NCBI RefSeq assembly: GCF_009914755.1
Contig: NC_060931.1
Source: the human T2T-CHM13v2.0 reference genome, Homo sapiens
Reading direction: 5' to 3' (one strand)
Length of the DNA: 64,000 nucleotides
Position 1 is the stretch's first letter. The number at the start of each line of letters is the position of its first letter. The translations under genes and the position numbers were made by a program. Below, piece after piece: positions 31,440-43,875 of the stretch. The notes below the pieces were generated by a model. It was not told the DNA's origin. It did not search any database and saw nothing but the letters and a program-made list of their open reading frames with translations.

Positions 31440-32343
31440 GTTTTTGTCCCTTCAACTTTTATTTTAAGTTCCAGGGTACATGTGCAGGGTGTGCAGGTTT
31501 GTTACATAGGTAAACATGTGCCATGGTGGTTTACTGCACCTATCAACCCATCACCTAGGTATTAAGCCCAGCATCCATTAGCTATTCTTCCTGAAGCTCT
31601 CCCTCCAACTGCCCACCCCTACAGGTCCCAGTGTGTGTTGTTTCCTGCCATATGTCTGCGTGTTCTCATCATTCAGCTTCCACTTATAAGTGATTTTCTG
31701 CTCCTGTCTTAGTTTGCTGAAGTTAACGGCTTACAGTTCCGTCCACCTCCTTGCAAAGGACATGATCTCATTCTTTTTTATGACTGCATAGCATTCTATG
31801 GTGTATATGTACCACATTTTTCTTATCCAGTCTATCATTGATGGGCATTTGGGTAGATTCCAAGTCTTTGCTATTGTGAATAGTGCTGCAATGAACACAT
31901 GCATGCCATATGCAGAAAACTGAAACTGGACCCCTTCCTTACACCTTATACAAATTAACTCAAGATTGATTAAAGACTTCAATGTAAAACCCAAAACTAT
32001 AAAAACCCTAGAAGAAAATCTAGGCAATACCATTCAGGACGTAGGCACAGGCAAAGATTTCATGATGAAAATGCCTAAAGCAATTGCAACAAAAGCCAAA
32101 ATTGACAAATGGGATCTAACTAAAGAGCTTCTGCACAGCAAAAGAAACCATCATCAGAGTGAACAGATAATCTACAGAATGGGAGAAATTTTTTGCAATC
32201 TATCCATCTGACAAAGGTCTAATATCCAGTCTGCAAGGAACTTAAACAAATGTACAAGAGTAAAACAAACAACCCCATTTAAAAGTGGGCAAAGGACTTG
32301 GACAGACACTTCTCAAAAGAAGACATTCATTTGGCCAACAAAC
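31440..32343 (-). mobile_element. L1PA8-like LINE-1 with 5' inversion (antisense 3' part 31440-31906, inverted ORF2 part 31907-32343)
   Basis: Orientation switch at ..gaacacatgcatgc|catatgcagaaaactgaaactgg.. The chimeric minus-strand ORF 31731-32033 crosses it. Confidence 0.9.
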
Positions 32344-32464
32344 GACCCACTATATCAAGTTACCAAGGCTGATTGTGTGCCTAGATGCTTTATAGCACAC
32401 ATCATTGTTTTGAAATTTCTCTCAAAGGAGTAGATTATAATAATATCAATAACAACAGCAAGCA

Positions 32465-32598
32465 AACAATAATACTTAACATTAATTGAGCATGAACTAT
32501 GTGACAATAATAAGCTAAGCACTTTTCCTGAATATTCTTATTTAATCTTAATAGCAGTCTCATAAGGTAGATGCTGTTATTGTTCTCATTTCATAAAT
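32465..32598 (-). mobile_element. MIR fragment
   Basis: aacattaattgagcatgaactatgtg...tttaatcttaatagcagtctcataaggtagatgctgttattgttctcatttcataaatg. Confidence 0.7.
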
Positions 32599-33060
32599 GT
32601 CTTATCCTGGTTACTTAGAAAACATAATGGTGCCAAGTGCTTATGTACTTACACTTTTGGAAGAGTTCAAACAGGAAAGCAGTAATCAGTGAAAAGAATA
32701 AGGAAGGGAATAAAGTAGGCTCAATATGAGGGAGTATGTTATTGATCTGGCCACAGTTTCATGACAAACAACCTTTGAGAGGCTCTATGAAGGCTCTCAT
32801 CTTCAGAGAGGCTCTATGAAACTGCTGCATCTCCAAACAGTACCAAAAGGGAGAAAGCGAAAAATTATCCACCTGATCCTTTCTCCAATGGATCAAAGTT
32901 TACCTCTATGAAGTATTAACTCCACCACATGTCTGGATTTTGCATATTTGTGCACCAAGTGGATCTTATGATATCTCATATATAAGTATTTACAGGAAAT
33001 CCCCACTGGGAAAGCAAGAGGCATTCAGCATTGGTATAAGGTGAGGCATTCTGCATGCCC
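32598..33060 (-). mobile_element. ERVL LTR (LTR33-like)
   Basis: tgtcttatcctggttacttagaaaaca...aggctcaatatgagggagtatgttattgatctggccac resembles LTR33 antisense. Confidence 0.45.
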
Positions 33061-33129
33061 AGGAATAAAGTTCCCTCCTCTTCAAATGCACACTAGGGAT
33101 AGATATACTTAGCTACTGCTCAAACTTCA

Positions 33130-33500
33130 CACAGATTTACTGAAATGTGGTTTGAGGACCACTGTGGAAGTAAGGACCAAGTAAGGGACCCTAAAATTTT
33201 CTCCCTGCCAGTCAGTATAGCAAATCAAAAGCAATACTAGAGTTACTTCCACTATTAAAGAATTAAAAGATGCAGGGTAATATTCCCTACTATATTCCCA
33301 TTCAACTTACCTGAGTAACCCCTGTCGAAAAATGTGGATTGTAATAAATGATAGTGGAGTATAGTAACCAGGTAGACAGATACCTTGCATATTTACTAAA
33401 GATAATCAACATAGCCTCTGATACATGCTCTCAAGTTGTTAATATATTCCTCATTATTCATATCCATAGGACAGATCAAAAGCAGTTCACTTCCATGATA
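33130..33500 (+). mobile_element. ERVL pol fragment (RT N-terminus)
   Basis: aatcaaaagcaatac (NQKQY), attaaagaattaaaagatgcaggg (IKELKDAG), cccattcaac (PFN), atgatagtggagtat (MTVDY-like), gatcaaaagcagttcact (QKQF). Confidence 0.7.
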
Positions 33501-35861
33501 TTTCTTCTTCATGTTAGATTTCCTGTTAACTATCTTGCTAACAGTGAATCACGTGAGCTAATCTGGTGTATTAAGGCTTATAGACGTTGGTTATTCTGTA
33601 TACCTTTGAATATTCATGATAAAGGCAGAGATTCCAGCCAGTGCACTAACATCTCTCAGTTACCCCATTCTCCACTGAAGGTTAGGAATGTGAAAAAAGA
33701 CTGAATCACATTTTCCTTCATCTGGTTTCAGCATTTTTACCCACTACCTTCAGCAGAAGGGGCTAAGTGGGTTGAGCAAAATGACTTGAACAACATGGGA
33801 TTGCTCCCAGACCCCAGTGCACCAGGGGAAGAGATGTCTATCCAATTCACATTGGGATCCTGAGCAAGTATAGGTCTTGAGGTTGGGGAATCTTCCCACC
33901 ATTCTGTTCCCACATCTCACAGAGTTCATGTGTGGGCCATTTCTCTCCCTTCTCCTCCTCCTACCCCACACCAAGGGTTAAGATATCCTTCTTATATCTC
34001 CAATGTGCTTCTTCACAAAAATCTTATTCTTGCTATCTAGGAGAATGTGGTGTCATAATAGTTAAGAAAATATGTTTTTCATGGAGGGAATAGTGAGGAA
34101 GCCAAATATTTTTAGGAGATTAAATAAGATAAAAGCAGAAATTTGTTCTTAATATTTAATCACAAAGTCTATAGTTAGTAGTATTCTCAGTAAGCAGTTT
34201 CAGGGACATTTTAGAAAGAGAGGGTATACTGGAGTGAGTTGAGGAGTAAATAAGAGGTGAAGAAATAAGTTCTGCTTTGAAGTAGAGGAACATGTTTGAA
34301 AAGTGAATATGGGGTCAAGGAAGTATTTTATTTATATTCAAAATAATTTTACACTTTTAAATATTTATGTAATGATAAAAACAGAGGAGATGGCAAATGC
34401 ACGAGATACTAGAGACTATCAATACAGAGAGTTATTTATCTACTTCAAATTATTCTCTCAGACTCAGGGAGCAGCAATGGATTTCTAGAAGTGGAACTAG
34501 GGTTTTCTGACATTTAAGAAGTTGTCCTTTCAAACACGTTATTTGAGATGTATCAACTCATAAAAGAAATATCTTTTCAGTCCTGCAAACTTGTAGAAGG
34601 TATTTTTGAAGTTTTCTACCCAAAGCAGATACTGCAGTTGGACCATTCACACAGGGGTGTGCTCTCAGTAGCTCAGCTTTTCCTGAAATGCCCTTTCTCT
34701 CTGCCATAGGTAACTGGTTCTGGACTAATAAGATTTGGAATTGGGATTCAAAACAGTACTGTGCAGGTTGGCCTTTGAACAGAAGAAATGTAACTTAGGA
34801 GGTGTGGGAGAGAAATCTGATCTGCAAATAGAAAAGAAACAGATTCGGGGGTGGAGGCTGATTTCAGGTGATTATGAAAGGGCATGGACTCATTTCTTTT
34901 TCTCCTCATTGTGTTCCTGGCATCTGGTGCTCTACTTAGAATATAGTAAATACCAATTAAATATTTCTTGAATGAATGAGTGAAACTGAATGAATGAATG
35001 CTCAGGTTTATGTACTAGTAAATAAATGTGGTGTCATATATTATTGATCGTTACCCATTTCCTTGAACGTGTTGGTTATGCAAAGCTTCAAATACTGATT
35101 TAAGTTTATCAGAGGTGGAAAGTCTCCAATGTTAAATATTTAGGGGATATATATATATTTATAGGATATATATTTATGAATTTTCTTAATTTAAATAGAT
35201 TAATCAGGTTATTTCCTGATTATTTCATTTTCAATCTCATTTTAATTGATGTAGGCAAAATCTAAGACTACTTTGATTTTATTTTGGGGGAAATGTATTA
35301 CTATAAGAATCCCATAAAATTCACTTAGTTTTGTTTTCCAATTAAAGTTTTTTTTTCTTCTTTGGCATCATGAAAATTATGTAGAGAATATTTTTGCTCA
35401 TTGAAATATAAGGACTTCAGACCAGTCTGCTTGTAGATTTTTTCAAAATCATTTTAATTCAAACTACTCTGATGCAACACATCTATTTCTGTCTAAAACC
35501 TTTAAAAAATTAGACTTGAAAGATGCTGATCAGAGACAGTTTGACTGGTCTGATGAGATACTCTTCCATAACCACTAGGAGAAATAGGCAATATTGAAGG
35601 TTAAATTCTGTTACTAAGCAACCCAGAAATATCCAGTACACTTAAAGACTTTCCTCCACTCAAAAAAAGTTGTAGAGAACTATATTAGTTTAACAATCAA
35701 ATGCCATTTCTTTGAAAGAGAGCTTATCTGAGAAGGACAATTCCTTCTATAGACATCCAGCCATGGTTGAAGTTATGTGTCTGTAGTGTTTGTATCATCT
35801 CTATGCACATATGGCCACAGTACAAACAATTCCTTTTTATTTAATTATTTTTGAATCAAAG

Positions 35862-36456
35862 ATTCATTAATTCAACCTATTAACAGAACCCATACTTATC
35901 CATATGCCATGTCAGACACACAAATAAAGAGATAAATGAGAAAATCTCAGGAAGGTTAACCCACAGGGAGCTCACATTCTAAAGTTGGAGATAAGAAGGT
36001 AAACAAAGCATTTCAAAGATAATAAAACAGGCAGAACACAAATATATACAGGATATAATGGGAATACTCAGGAAGAAGTAATTTACTTTTCTGGTGGACT
36101 TGATGTTTGAGCTGAGTTTTGAAATAATAACAAAAAATTCAGGCAGGAAAGGAGATACAGACATTCCAGGCAGAGGAAGCTGTGTATGTGGAAAGTCACA
36201 GCTCTATGACACAACATGATATATTTGGAAAACCATAGACAGTTTAGTATAATCTAGCATAAAGTTTAGAGGAGGAAGAAGGAAAGATAAGACTGGATAC
36301 GTAGACAGACTCCCAATAATGAGGACCTTGTGTTTCAGAAACTCTTCTGTGTTTTGTGTGGCCCTAGGGTATTTTATCTTTGGAGTTAGGGGGTCTGTGA
36401 GGGTTTCAATAGGAAAGAGACGTAACTATATTTTTTTTATTAAACATTTTACTGGG
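35862..36456 (-). mobile_element. L2 3' region (host of the TSN retrocopy)
   Basis: attcattaattcaac...ggagctcacattcta...tttgagctgagttttgaa...cattccaggcagaggaa. Confidence 0.7.
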
Positions 36457-38951
36457 CGACGTAGTGAATGAGCTGGTTGTCTCCAGAATGAATTTCTCTG
36501 GCGGCCTTCACGGGCACTATGTCTGCGACTGAGATCTTCGTAGAGCTGCAGGGCTTTTGTCTGCCTAGGAGGACATCAGCGAGGAAATCCAAAAAGTTGT
36601 AGAGTTTACAACAAACAGCTTAAGAGATTGTTAACTCTACCACAACGTGTCCGTCAGGGTGCTGGGTTTCAGGGCATTCCAAAGAGGTGTTTGAAAGCTT
36701 AGGAACATTTTGGTACAGTAAAAACACACCCAACACCTCTGAAGAGCAAGTTGCCTGCTGAACCGTGTGCCACGAGGTTCATGAGCACTGGAGGTTTGTG
36801 TTGCCGCATACGGTTGTCTTCCCAGAACTTGTTGCGTGTTTGGAAACAGAAACTCCAGAAGCCATTACAGAAATTCGTGTCATTGAGCCAGATAAGGAGA
36901 AACGATTTCATGTGGATGTGGAAGATCCTCTCTCAGGAGTTCAATTCTTGCTAGTGAGCTGCTGAGGTTGTCCCTCAGTGGCATGAGTGCTGGAGACAAC
37001 TCCCAGCCCCTCCATGTCGCCACCTTTAACAATGAGTGGCATCCCAATTTCCACCTTCTCAGCCTAAAACACTATTCTTCTCTAAGGAAGCCTTATGATG
37101 GCTTGTGGTAGGACGTGAAGAAAACAGAAGAGGTATTCTATATTCTCTCCATCCAAGGCTTCAATAAAGAGATAGAAGCCGCTTGTACTGAAAAAGGAGA
37201 GGTTCTCCCTACCCCCCTGCCTGTGCTGACCTCAGCGGTTGCCAGAGAGGGCTGAACATTGAGCTCCTCTTACGGTGGTTAGATAGGATGCCTAGTTGCT
37301 AAACACTATATAGTTTATTTACTTAACTAGTTGTCTGGTGTGAGTATCAGAATTGAAACAGTTTTGGGGAGTTAAAAATAAATAGCCTTTTATGTGGACA
37401 GAATTTTCTTTACTGTTTCAGTGATTTTGCTCTGTAATTCAGTCCTATCAAAAACTGTTAATGTCAGTCTCTTGGTAAAGTCCTTTTCTTGCTTACCTTG
37501 ACTGCTGATTTACTGATTGAGAAGTTTACCTTCTAATTTGTGATTCTTCCAGATGTGATACTTGATGTTTTCTATATCCAAGTTAGCTGTCCACACCCAA
37601 GTGTAGCCTGGATACAGTATAAAAATAGATAATTAAGAATGGTCGCCATAAAAGGAAAACTCGTTTAATATTTTTTTCCTTTTTTATTGCAAGCCTTGTA
37701 AATCAGATATCGAATGTTTTTTTATTTTTATTTTTTGCTGGAGAGTTATAGCCTTGGGCTCTCTCTCTCATTGAAATCAAAATATAAAAGATTAAACTGC
37801 AAAGTCAAACCCAATAGATTGTCTTGGAAAGTTTTTATTTTAAGGGATTTGGTAGCGTCTCATCATTTGGCTCTACCAGGCAGGGAGTAGGACTTAGTAT
37901 TTTAAAACACTCTGCTTTCTGATTTGCCTTAACATTTTGCTATTGCAGCAATTAAAATAGTCTTTACTCATATCTTGAACACTTCATGTGCTACATTCCT
38001 AAACTATGAAAACTTTTTCCTGGCAGCCAGCTAGACCGTTTGATCTGGAAGTACAAAGCCACTCACAGGAGTTAATTAGCAAAACTCTAACTAGTATATT
38101 ATTAGAAAAAACTTCTATGCTTTGTCGGGAAGAGAAATAAAACCTCATATAAAAAAAAGAGTTTGACTTGGTAATTTGTTTTAGAGTAAGAAATTTCAGG
38201 TTTTTGATGGCTATCCCAACAGTCAGGATTTAAATTTGCAGTTTGGAGCAAGTCATGTAAATCTTGTTCACATTCCCTTTCCCTTTCCATTTTCAGGTAG
38301 CACTAAGAATACTTGCCAGGTAACTTGCTGATGAATTGAAATTATTAAAATGGTAACTTAATCCACAGTTTTTTGGTATTCACTGAAACGAAGGTGCTAG
38401 TCTTTCCAGAATGATATGAAATATTTAGAAGTATCACCCTTTCTTGGCCAATAACAAATTTGGGCTTCCTGTTTGTATGATGAGATATTTGGCATTGCCT
38501 TCACAGTTTTTATCAGGCCAAGTTAAAGGCTGACTACATGTTCCATCACGACGAAAGTAGAAATGAGGGCTGGGTTTATGTACATTGTTGGATTTTAGAA
38601 CAATTTTCTTGACGGCTCTTTCTGAGAGAGTTTGTAGAAAGACTAAGGCATTAGGTTCTTAAAAGTGCCTAGGATGGTCACTTAAAATGTATTTTTAAAT
38701 TACATGATCAGACATAGGCAGTAAGTTTATTAATAATGTTCTTTGCCTCTTTATCAATTCTGCATGAAAATATCTAAGTTCTTACCAGAAGTTGTGCATT
38801 TCAGTTTTAATATATGCAATTAAAGTGGAGGAGAATATTCAGGTCTTGTAATTCTATTTGAGAATTTAGAAGTGTCATGGTTATAATTATTCAGAAGTGT
38901 TCGTTGCTGGCTTATTGTAAAGCAATAGAAAAGTGTTTTGGTCATTTTATA
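36457..38951 (+). pseudogene. TSN: Processed pseudogene (retrocopy) of translin: partial 5'UTR, disrupted CDS ~36519-37195, ~1.75 kb 3'UTR
   Basis: ATG at 36519 reads MSATEIFVELQGF (translin N-terminus MSVSEIFVELQGF). Further segments across frames: QGAGFQGIPKRCLKA, EHFGTVKTH, HEHWRFVL...LETET-EAITEI..IEPDKEKRFHVDVEDPLSGV (ORF 36765-36965), LSIQGFNKEIEAACTEK ending at 37195 (translin C-terminus LSIRGFNKETAAACVEK). No introns, multiple frameshifts. AATAGA at 38924 precedes a short A-run at 38951. Flanking direct repeat AAACATTTTACTGGG (36442-36456) / AAAAATTTTATTGGG (38952-38966), 13/15 match. The symbol denotes the parent gene. Confidence 0.93.
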
Positions 38952-39219
38952 AAAAATTTTATTGGGTTATGTTAAAATAATACTTGTTGGGATTATGACT
39001 TTTCTTATTTTCTTCTTGCCTTATTGATCTTGCTGGGACAGCCAACATATAATTTTAAAAGATGGTATTAGATAACATTATTGTTTTTTTCCCAATATCA
39101 AAGGGAAACTTATCAATATTTCATTGCTAAGTTTGACATTTCCTATATGTTTATCTGATTAAGAAAATTTTCTACTTTTAGTTTTGTGAGTCATATTTTG
39201 AAATTATTATTGTTGTTGT

Positions 39220-40839
39220 CAAAAGAGTCAATATATTGGAAGAAACCAATAGTATAAATAAGTGGAGATATTTTCTGTATTGATATATTGGAAGCCCCAG
39301 TATTGTTAAGATGTCAGTTATTCCCATTTTGAAGTATAGTTTCTATGCAATCCTAATCAAAACCCCAGTAAGCCATTTTGTAGATATTAACAAAGTGATT
39401 CTAAAGATTATATGGAAAGGCAAAAGACAAGAATAACCAACGCAATATTAAGAACAAAGTTGAAGAACTGACACTACCTAACTTCAAGATTTACTATCAA
39501 ACTACAGAATCAACACAGTATGGTAAAGGCAAAAAAAAATCGATAATCAGATCAACTGAATAGAATAAAGAGCTTAGAAATAACCCAACATAATTACAGT
39601 CAACTAATTTCTAACACAAGAATAAGAGGAATTCAATGGGAAAAAGATAGGCTTTTCAACAAATGGACATTCATATTTTTTAAAAAAGGAATTTAGACTT
39701 AGACTTTACATCTTTCATAAAATTAAATTAAAATGAATTATAGACAAAATTAAATTCAAAATCTATCCTTATAAATCAAAAAGCAGGATAAAATCTTTAT
39801 TATCTTAGACTTGCCCATGAGTTTGTAGATACATGGCCAAAAGTATTGTCTATGAAAGAAAAATTGATTAATTGGAATTTATTATAATTAAAAACTGCTC
39901 TATGAAAGAGACTGAAAAGTCAAGCCACAGACTGGAAGGAAATATTTCCAAAGCACGTATCTGATTAAAAACTTGAATCCAAAATCTACAAAGGACTCTC
40001 AAAACTCAACAATAAGAAAGCCAACAACCCAACTTAAAATGAGCAAAATATATGAACAGATACCTCACCAAAGAAGATATACATGGCAAATAAGCATATA
40101 AAAATATGTACAACACCACTTGTCATTAGGAAATTGCTTATTAAAACAATGAGATGCTGCTACCTACCTTTTAGGTTGGCTAAAGCTCAAAAACTTGCAG
40201 TATAAATAGTCAGCAAGTATACAGAGCAAAAAAAAACAAAACTCTCATTCACTGCTGGTAGAAATAAAAAAATGATATATACATATCTTGAAAGACAGTT
40301 TTGCAGTTTTCTACAAAGCTAAACATAATCTCATCATATAATCCAGAAATTATACTCTTTTGTATTAGCCCATTTGATCTGAAAACTTATGCCCACCCAA
40401 AAACCTGCATAATAATATTTATAAGAGCTTTATTCATAATTGCCAAAAACTGGAAGCAATAAAGACATATAAACAAACTATGGTATATATATACAATGGG
40501 ATATTATTCATTGGTATTTAAAATGAGTTATTATCAAGCCATGGACAGATGTTAAGAAACATAAAATGTATATTTCTAAGTGAAAGAACCCAGCCTAAAA
40601 AGCCTATATGCTGTATGATTCCAATTATATGATATTCAGATAAACAAAAATATAGAGCCAAGTTAAAAAGCTACCAATGTCCAAGGTTGAAATGATAAGA
40701 GCAACAAAATAAAGTAGTATTAGATTATAACCCAAAGTATGAAATAGATATTCCTGAGTCCATCCTGATATAAATAAATGATTTAATTAATAAATTAGTA
40801 TAAGAAACAAGTATCTGGTGCTGAAGAATTTCAAGTTAC

Positions 40840-40878
<39 letters not shown>

Positions 40879-41205
40879 CTCTGCTCTCCAAGCGTTGAGC
40901 TCCCTATTCTCTAAGTGTGCATTGACCACAGTGACTTCCTTCCAAACAGTATAGTATAGAAACGGGAGAAAAACAGAAAGTTTATAATGGAGAAACCTGA
41001 CAAAAACTACCTCAGTCAGGTGACCAAGGTTCATATCAACATTGACAGGCAATGGGAAGTATGTATCATTATAGGATGTGATGAAAATGGCACTTTACTT
41101 GTGTGGACTTAACCTCAGATATCCCCAGTCTAATCATGGGAAAACATCAGACAAATCCCAACTGAGGGATATTCTACTCCTCAAAAGTGTCTGGGTGATC
41201 AAAGA
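39220..41205 (+). mobile_element. L1MC-type LINE-1, ORF2 3' half plus 3'UTR
   Basis: ORF2 motifs, and 3'UTR taaagtagtattagattataacccaaagtat...tggagaaacctgacaaaaactacctcagtcaggtgaccaagg. Confidence 0.8.
40840..40878. repeat. (GATA)n tetranucleotide STR, ~9-10 units
   Basis: Direct observation. Confidence 0.95.
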
Positions 41206-41209
41206 CATA

Positions 41210-43060
41210 CACCTTTCTGGTATGTCTCATTCTTTCTTGCATTACTATACTTCCTTCAAGGGACCATTTGTCTTCTAACTGAAGAACTTCTGTTAGTATT
41301 ATTCTTTTATAGTCATTTTGCTGACATTGAATCTTTTGATTTTTGCTTTATGAAAAAAACCTTTTATTTCATTTTTGAAAGATTTTTTTTTTGCTGGGCA
41401 GTTATTTTCTTTTTGCCTTCTGGCTTCTAACATCTTGAGAATTTTTGAAAATAATGTGTCTTTTCTTCCAGCTACTCTTATTATTTTCTTTTTATCCTTT
41501 GTTTTCAGCAATTTTGCTATACGCACCCAAATATGTTTGTTTTTATATTTATCCTTTCTTAGGTTTATATCAATGTTTGCTTCTGTAGTTTGATTTTTAA
41601 AATTAATTTTGGGAAATTCTTGGCCATTAGATTTTCTGGCATTTTCTTCTATTCTCTCTTTCTTCTTCTGGAATTCCAGTTGCATATATGTCAGATACTT
41701 TTTTTCACTTCCCATATGCCTATAGACTCTTTTCAGTATTTCTTATCTATTTTTGCCTTTTTTTTTTCTTTTTTTTTTTTTTTGAGACGGAGTCTCGCTG
41801 TTGCCCAGGCTGGAGTACAGTGGCGCGATCTCGGCTCACTGCAGGCTCCACCCCCCGGGGTTCACGCCATTCTCCTGCTTCGGCCTCCCGAGTAGCTGGG
41901 ACTACAGGCGCCTGCCAGCTCGCCCGGCTAATTTTTTGTATTTTTAGTAGAGACGGGGTTTCACCATGTTAGCCAGGATGGTCTCGATCTCCTGCCCTCG
42001 TGATCGGCCCGCCTCTGCCTCCCAAAGTGCTGGGATTATAGGCGTGAGCCACCGCGCCCGGCTATTTTTTCCTCTTAACACACCCTATATTCCTACTTAC
42101 TATTCTCACTCCTGCTGCCTCTAAATCTGTTTCAAAACTCACGTATTGAGTTATTTTATTTTCCAATTCTTGAATTTTTATTTGGTTATTTTTCATAAAT
42201 TTATATTGTCCAATGAGATATTCTATATTTTCTTTCTTTTTAAAAACATTTTAATCGAGTATTTATTTCTATTGTCTATTTCCCTTCTTGGTTTTTATTA
42301 ATTTATCATGTTTCCTAGCATGTCTACCAATTTTGAATTAAATTCCAGACACCATGTCTGAAAAATTTCCTGAGGCTCTCACTGGTGCCATTTTCTTCTG
42401 GCAGGTAGAGAGAGAACAGGCAGATAAGCTTGATGATTCAAGGCTAATCTGTTTCCAGTTTCCTAAAATTCAAAGGGCACACCATCTCTGGTGTCTCAAC
42501 TAACTCTAGACGGATTATCAGATTTCCTCCTCTTTAATCTGTATTTATTTCAGTTTTTGTTTTCACGGGACTTTGAGATTAATGAAAATTCTATTTAGCT
42601 TTTTAGCTTCTTTTGATACCTACCTGATGAGTTCTGCTTATAGGAGTCTTATATTTCATATACTCAGCCTAGAATTCAGGAAATGTCTTAAAGGAAAATT
42701 GGATATAGAATGCTAGGTTCAGTTGTCTGCAGTTTTCCTTATTCTAGAATCTTGAACTCTCAAGTGTAACTATCTTGGTAACCCTGAAGTCTAATTTTTG
42801 TCTCTCTACCCCAGTAAGACTGCTCCAAACTCTAGGTTGCCATTTTGTGTCCAGCCTTTACGGCCTGCAAGGTGAAATAAATGCCCTGAGAAGGAAATGG
42901 CTGCAAATATGGGGTCAAATTCACTGAGCTTTCCTTCTTTGGGTGATATTGACCTCTCATATCTTGGTTGCTTTGATTTCTCATTCTTTAAAACAGCCAT
43001 TCTTTTGAATTTTACCTAGCTTTCATAATTTTTCCAAGTAGGAAATTTAACCTAATACCA
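41210..43060 (-). mobile_element. Old L1M ORF1/5' region, interrupted by AluY
   Basis: Minus-strand ORF 41299-41715 contains ORF1-like RIAKLLKTKDKKKIIRVAGRK and SFKNEIKGF. Confidence 0.65.
41758..42063 (-). mobile_element. Young AluY (AluYe-like)
   Basis: CpG-rich, with AluY diagnostics (ttcacgccattctcc, gatggtctcgatctcc) plus ccccccgggg, ctcgcccggc and 2-bp-deleted gtctcgctgttgccc. TSD-like tatttttgcct/tattttttcct. Confidence 0.95.
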
Positions 43061-43111
43061 GCTTTCCAATTATAATTAGGATAACTTGACAATATTTTCT
43101 AAATAGGGAGA

Positions 43112-43623
43112 TGTATTAGTTATCCACACAAAAATTTAGCAGCTTAAATAAAAAATAAACATTAATTATCTCAAATAATGTCTGTGGTAAGTGATAAAAG
43201 TTAGTTACCTGGGTGGTTCTGGATTAGGGCATCTTGTGAGTTTGTAGAAAAGAGGTGAGCTGGGGATTATACTTGCCTAAAGCTGAAGAATCTGTTTCTA
43301 AGATAGCTTATTCACATGTCTGACATGGTGGTGCTGTCTGTTGGAGATCTCAGTGTCTTGCTAATTTGAAGTCTGCAAACGGCTTCTTGAATGTCCTCAG
43401 AACGTGGCAACTGGCTCCCCCAAAGCAAGTGATGTAGGGAGTAAGGTAGAAGCTACAATGTCTTGTATGACTTTGTCTCAGAAATCACACATGCCATTTC
43501 TGCAATATTCTATGGAGTTTATTATGTTGGTCAGCCCTATTTAGTGCAAGGAGGTACTACACAAGAATGTATATACCAGAATGCAAGGGTTGTTGGTGAA
43601 CTACCTTAAAGCATTCAACCATA
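43112..43623 (-). mobile_element. MaLR LTR (MLT1F-like)
   Basis: tgtattagttatc...ctgggtggttctgg...aacgtggcaactggctcccccaaagcaagtgat...tctcagaaatcacac. Confidence 0.75.
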
Positions 43624-43624
43624 G

Positions 43625-43875
43625 CAGAAGAAGAGGATTCAGCAGAAGGGAGAGAAGGAAGAGTAGGAAATTTAAGGGGTAAATAAGAGAGACTGGTGTC
43701 TCAGAAGTGAAAGGATGGCTTTTAAAAGGGGAAAAAAACCAGTAATGTTACAAGAAGCAAATGTACAAAAAAGATAAGAACTAAGAGGTATGCATTGGAT
43801 TAGAAATTGAGGTAGTCAATGGTGCACTTTGCCAGTATAATTCCAGGGATGTGATAGGGAAAGAATATAGGCTTA
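43625..43875 (-). mobile_element. L2 fragment
   Basis: aagataagaactaagaggtatgcattggattagaaattgaggtagtcaatggtgcactttgccag. Confidence 0.55.

Noticed and set aside
32777-32820. 15-bp direct repeat GAGAGGCTCTATGAA
   Set aside because: Small local duplication in an old LTR with no further structure
36751-36965. Overlapping 66-67 aa ORFs as a possible functional mini-translin
   Set aside because: Non-ATG starts, frameshifts on both sides, a 3-codon deletion and a lost stop codon; consistent with neutral decay
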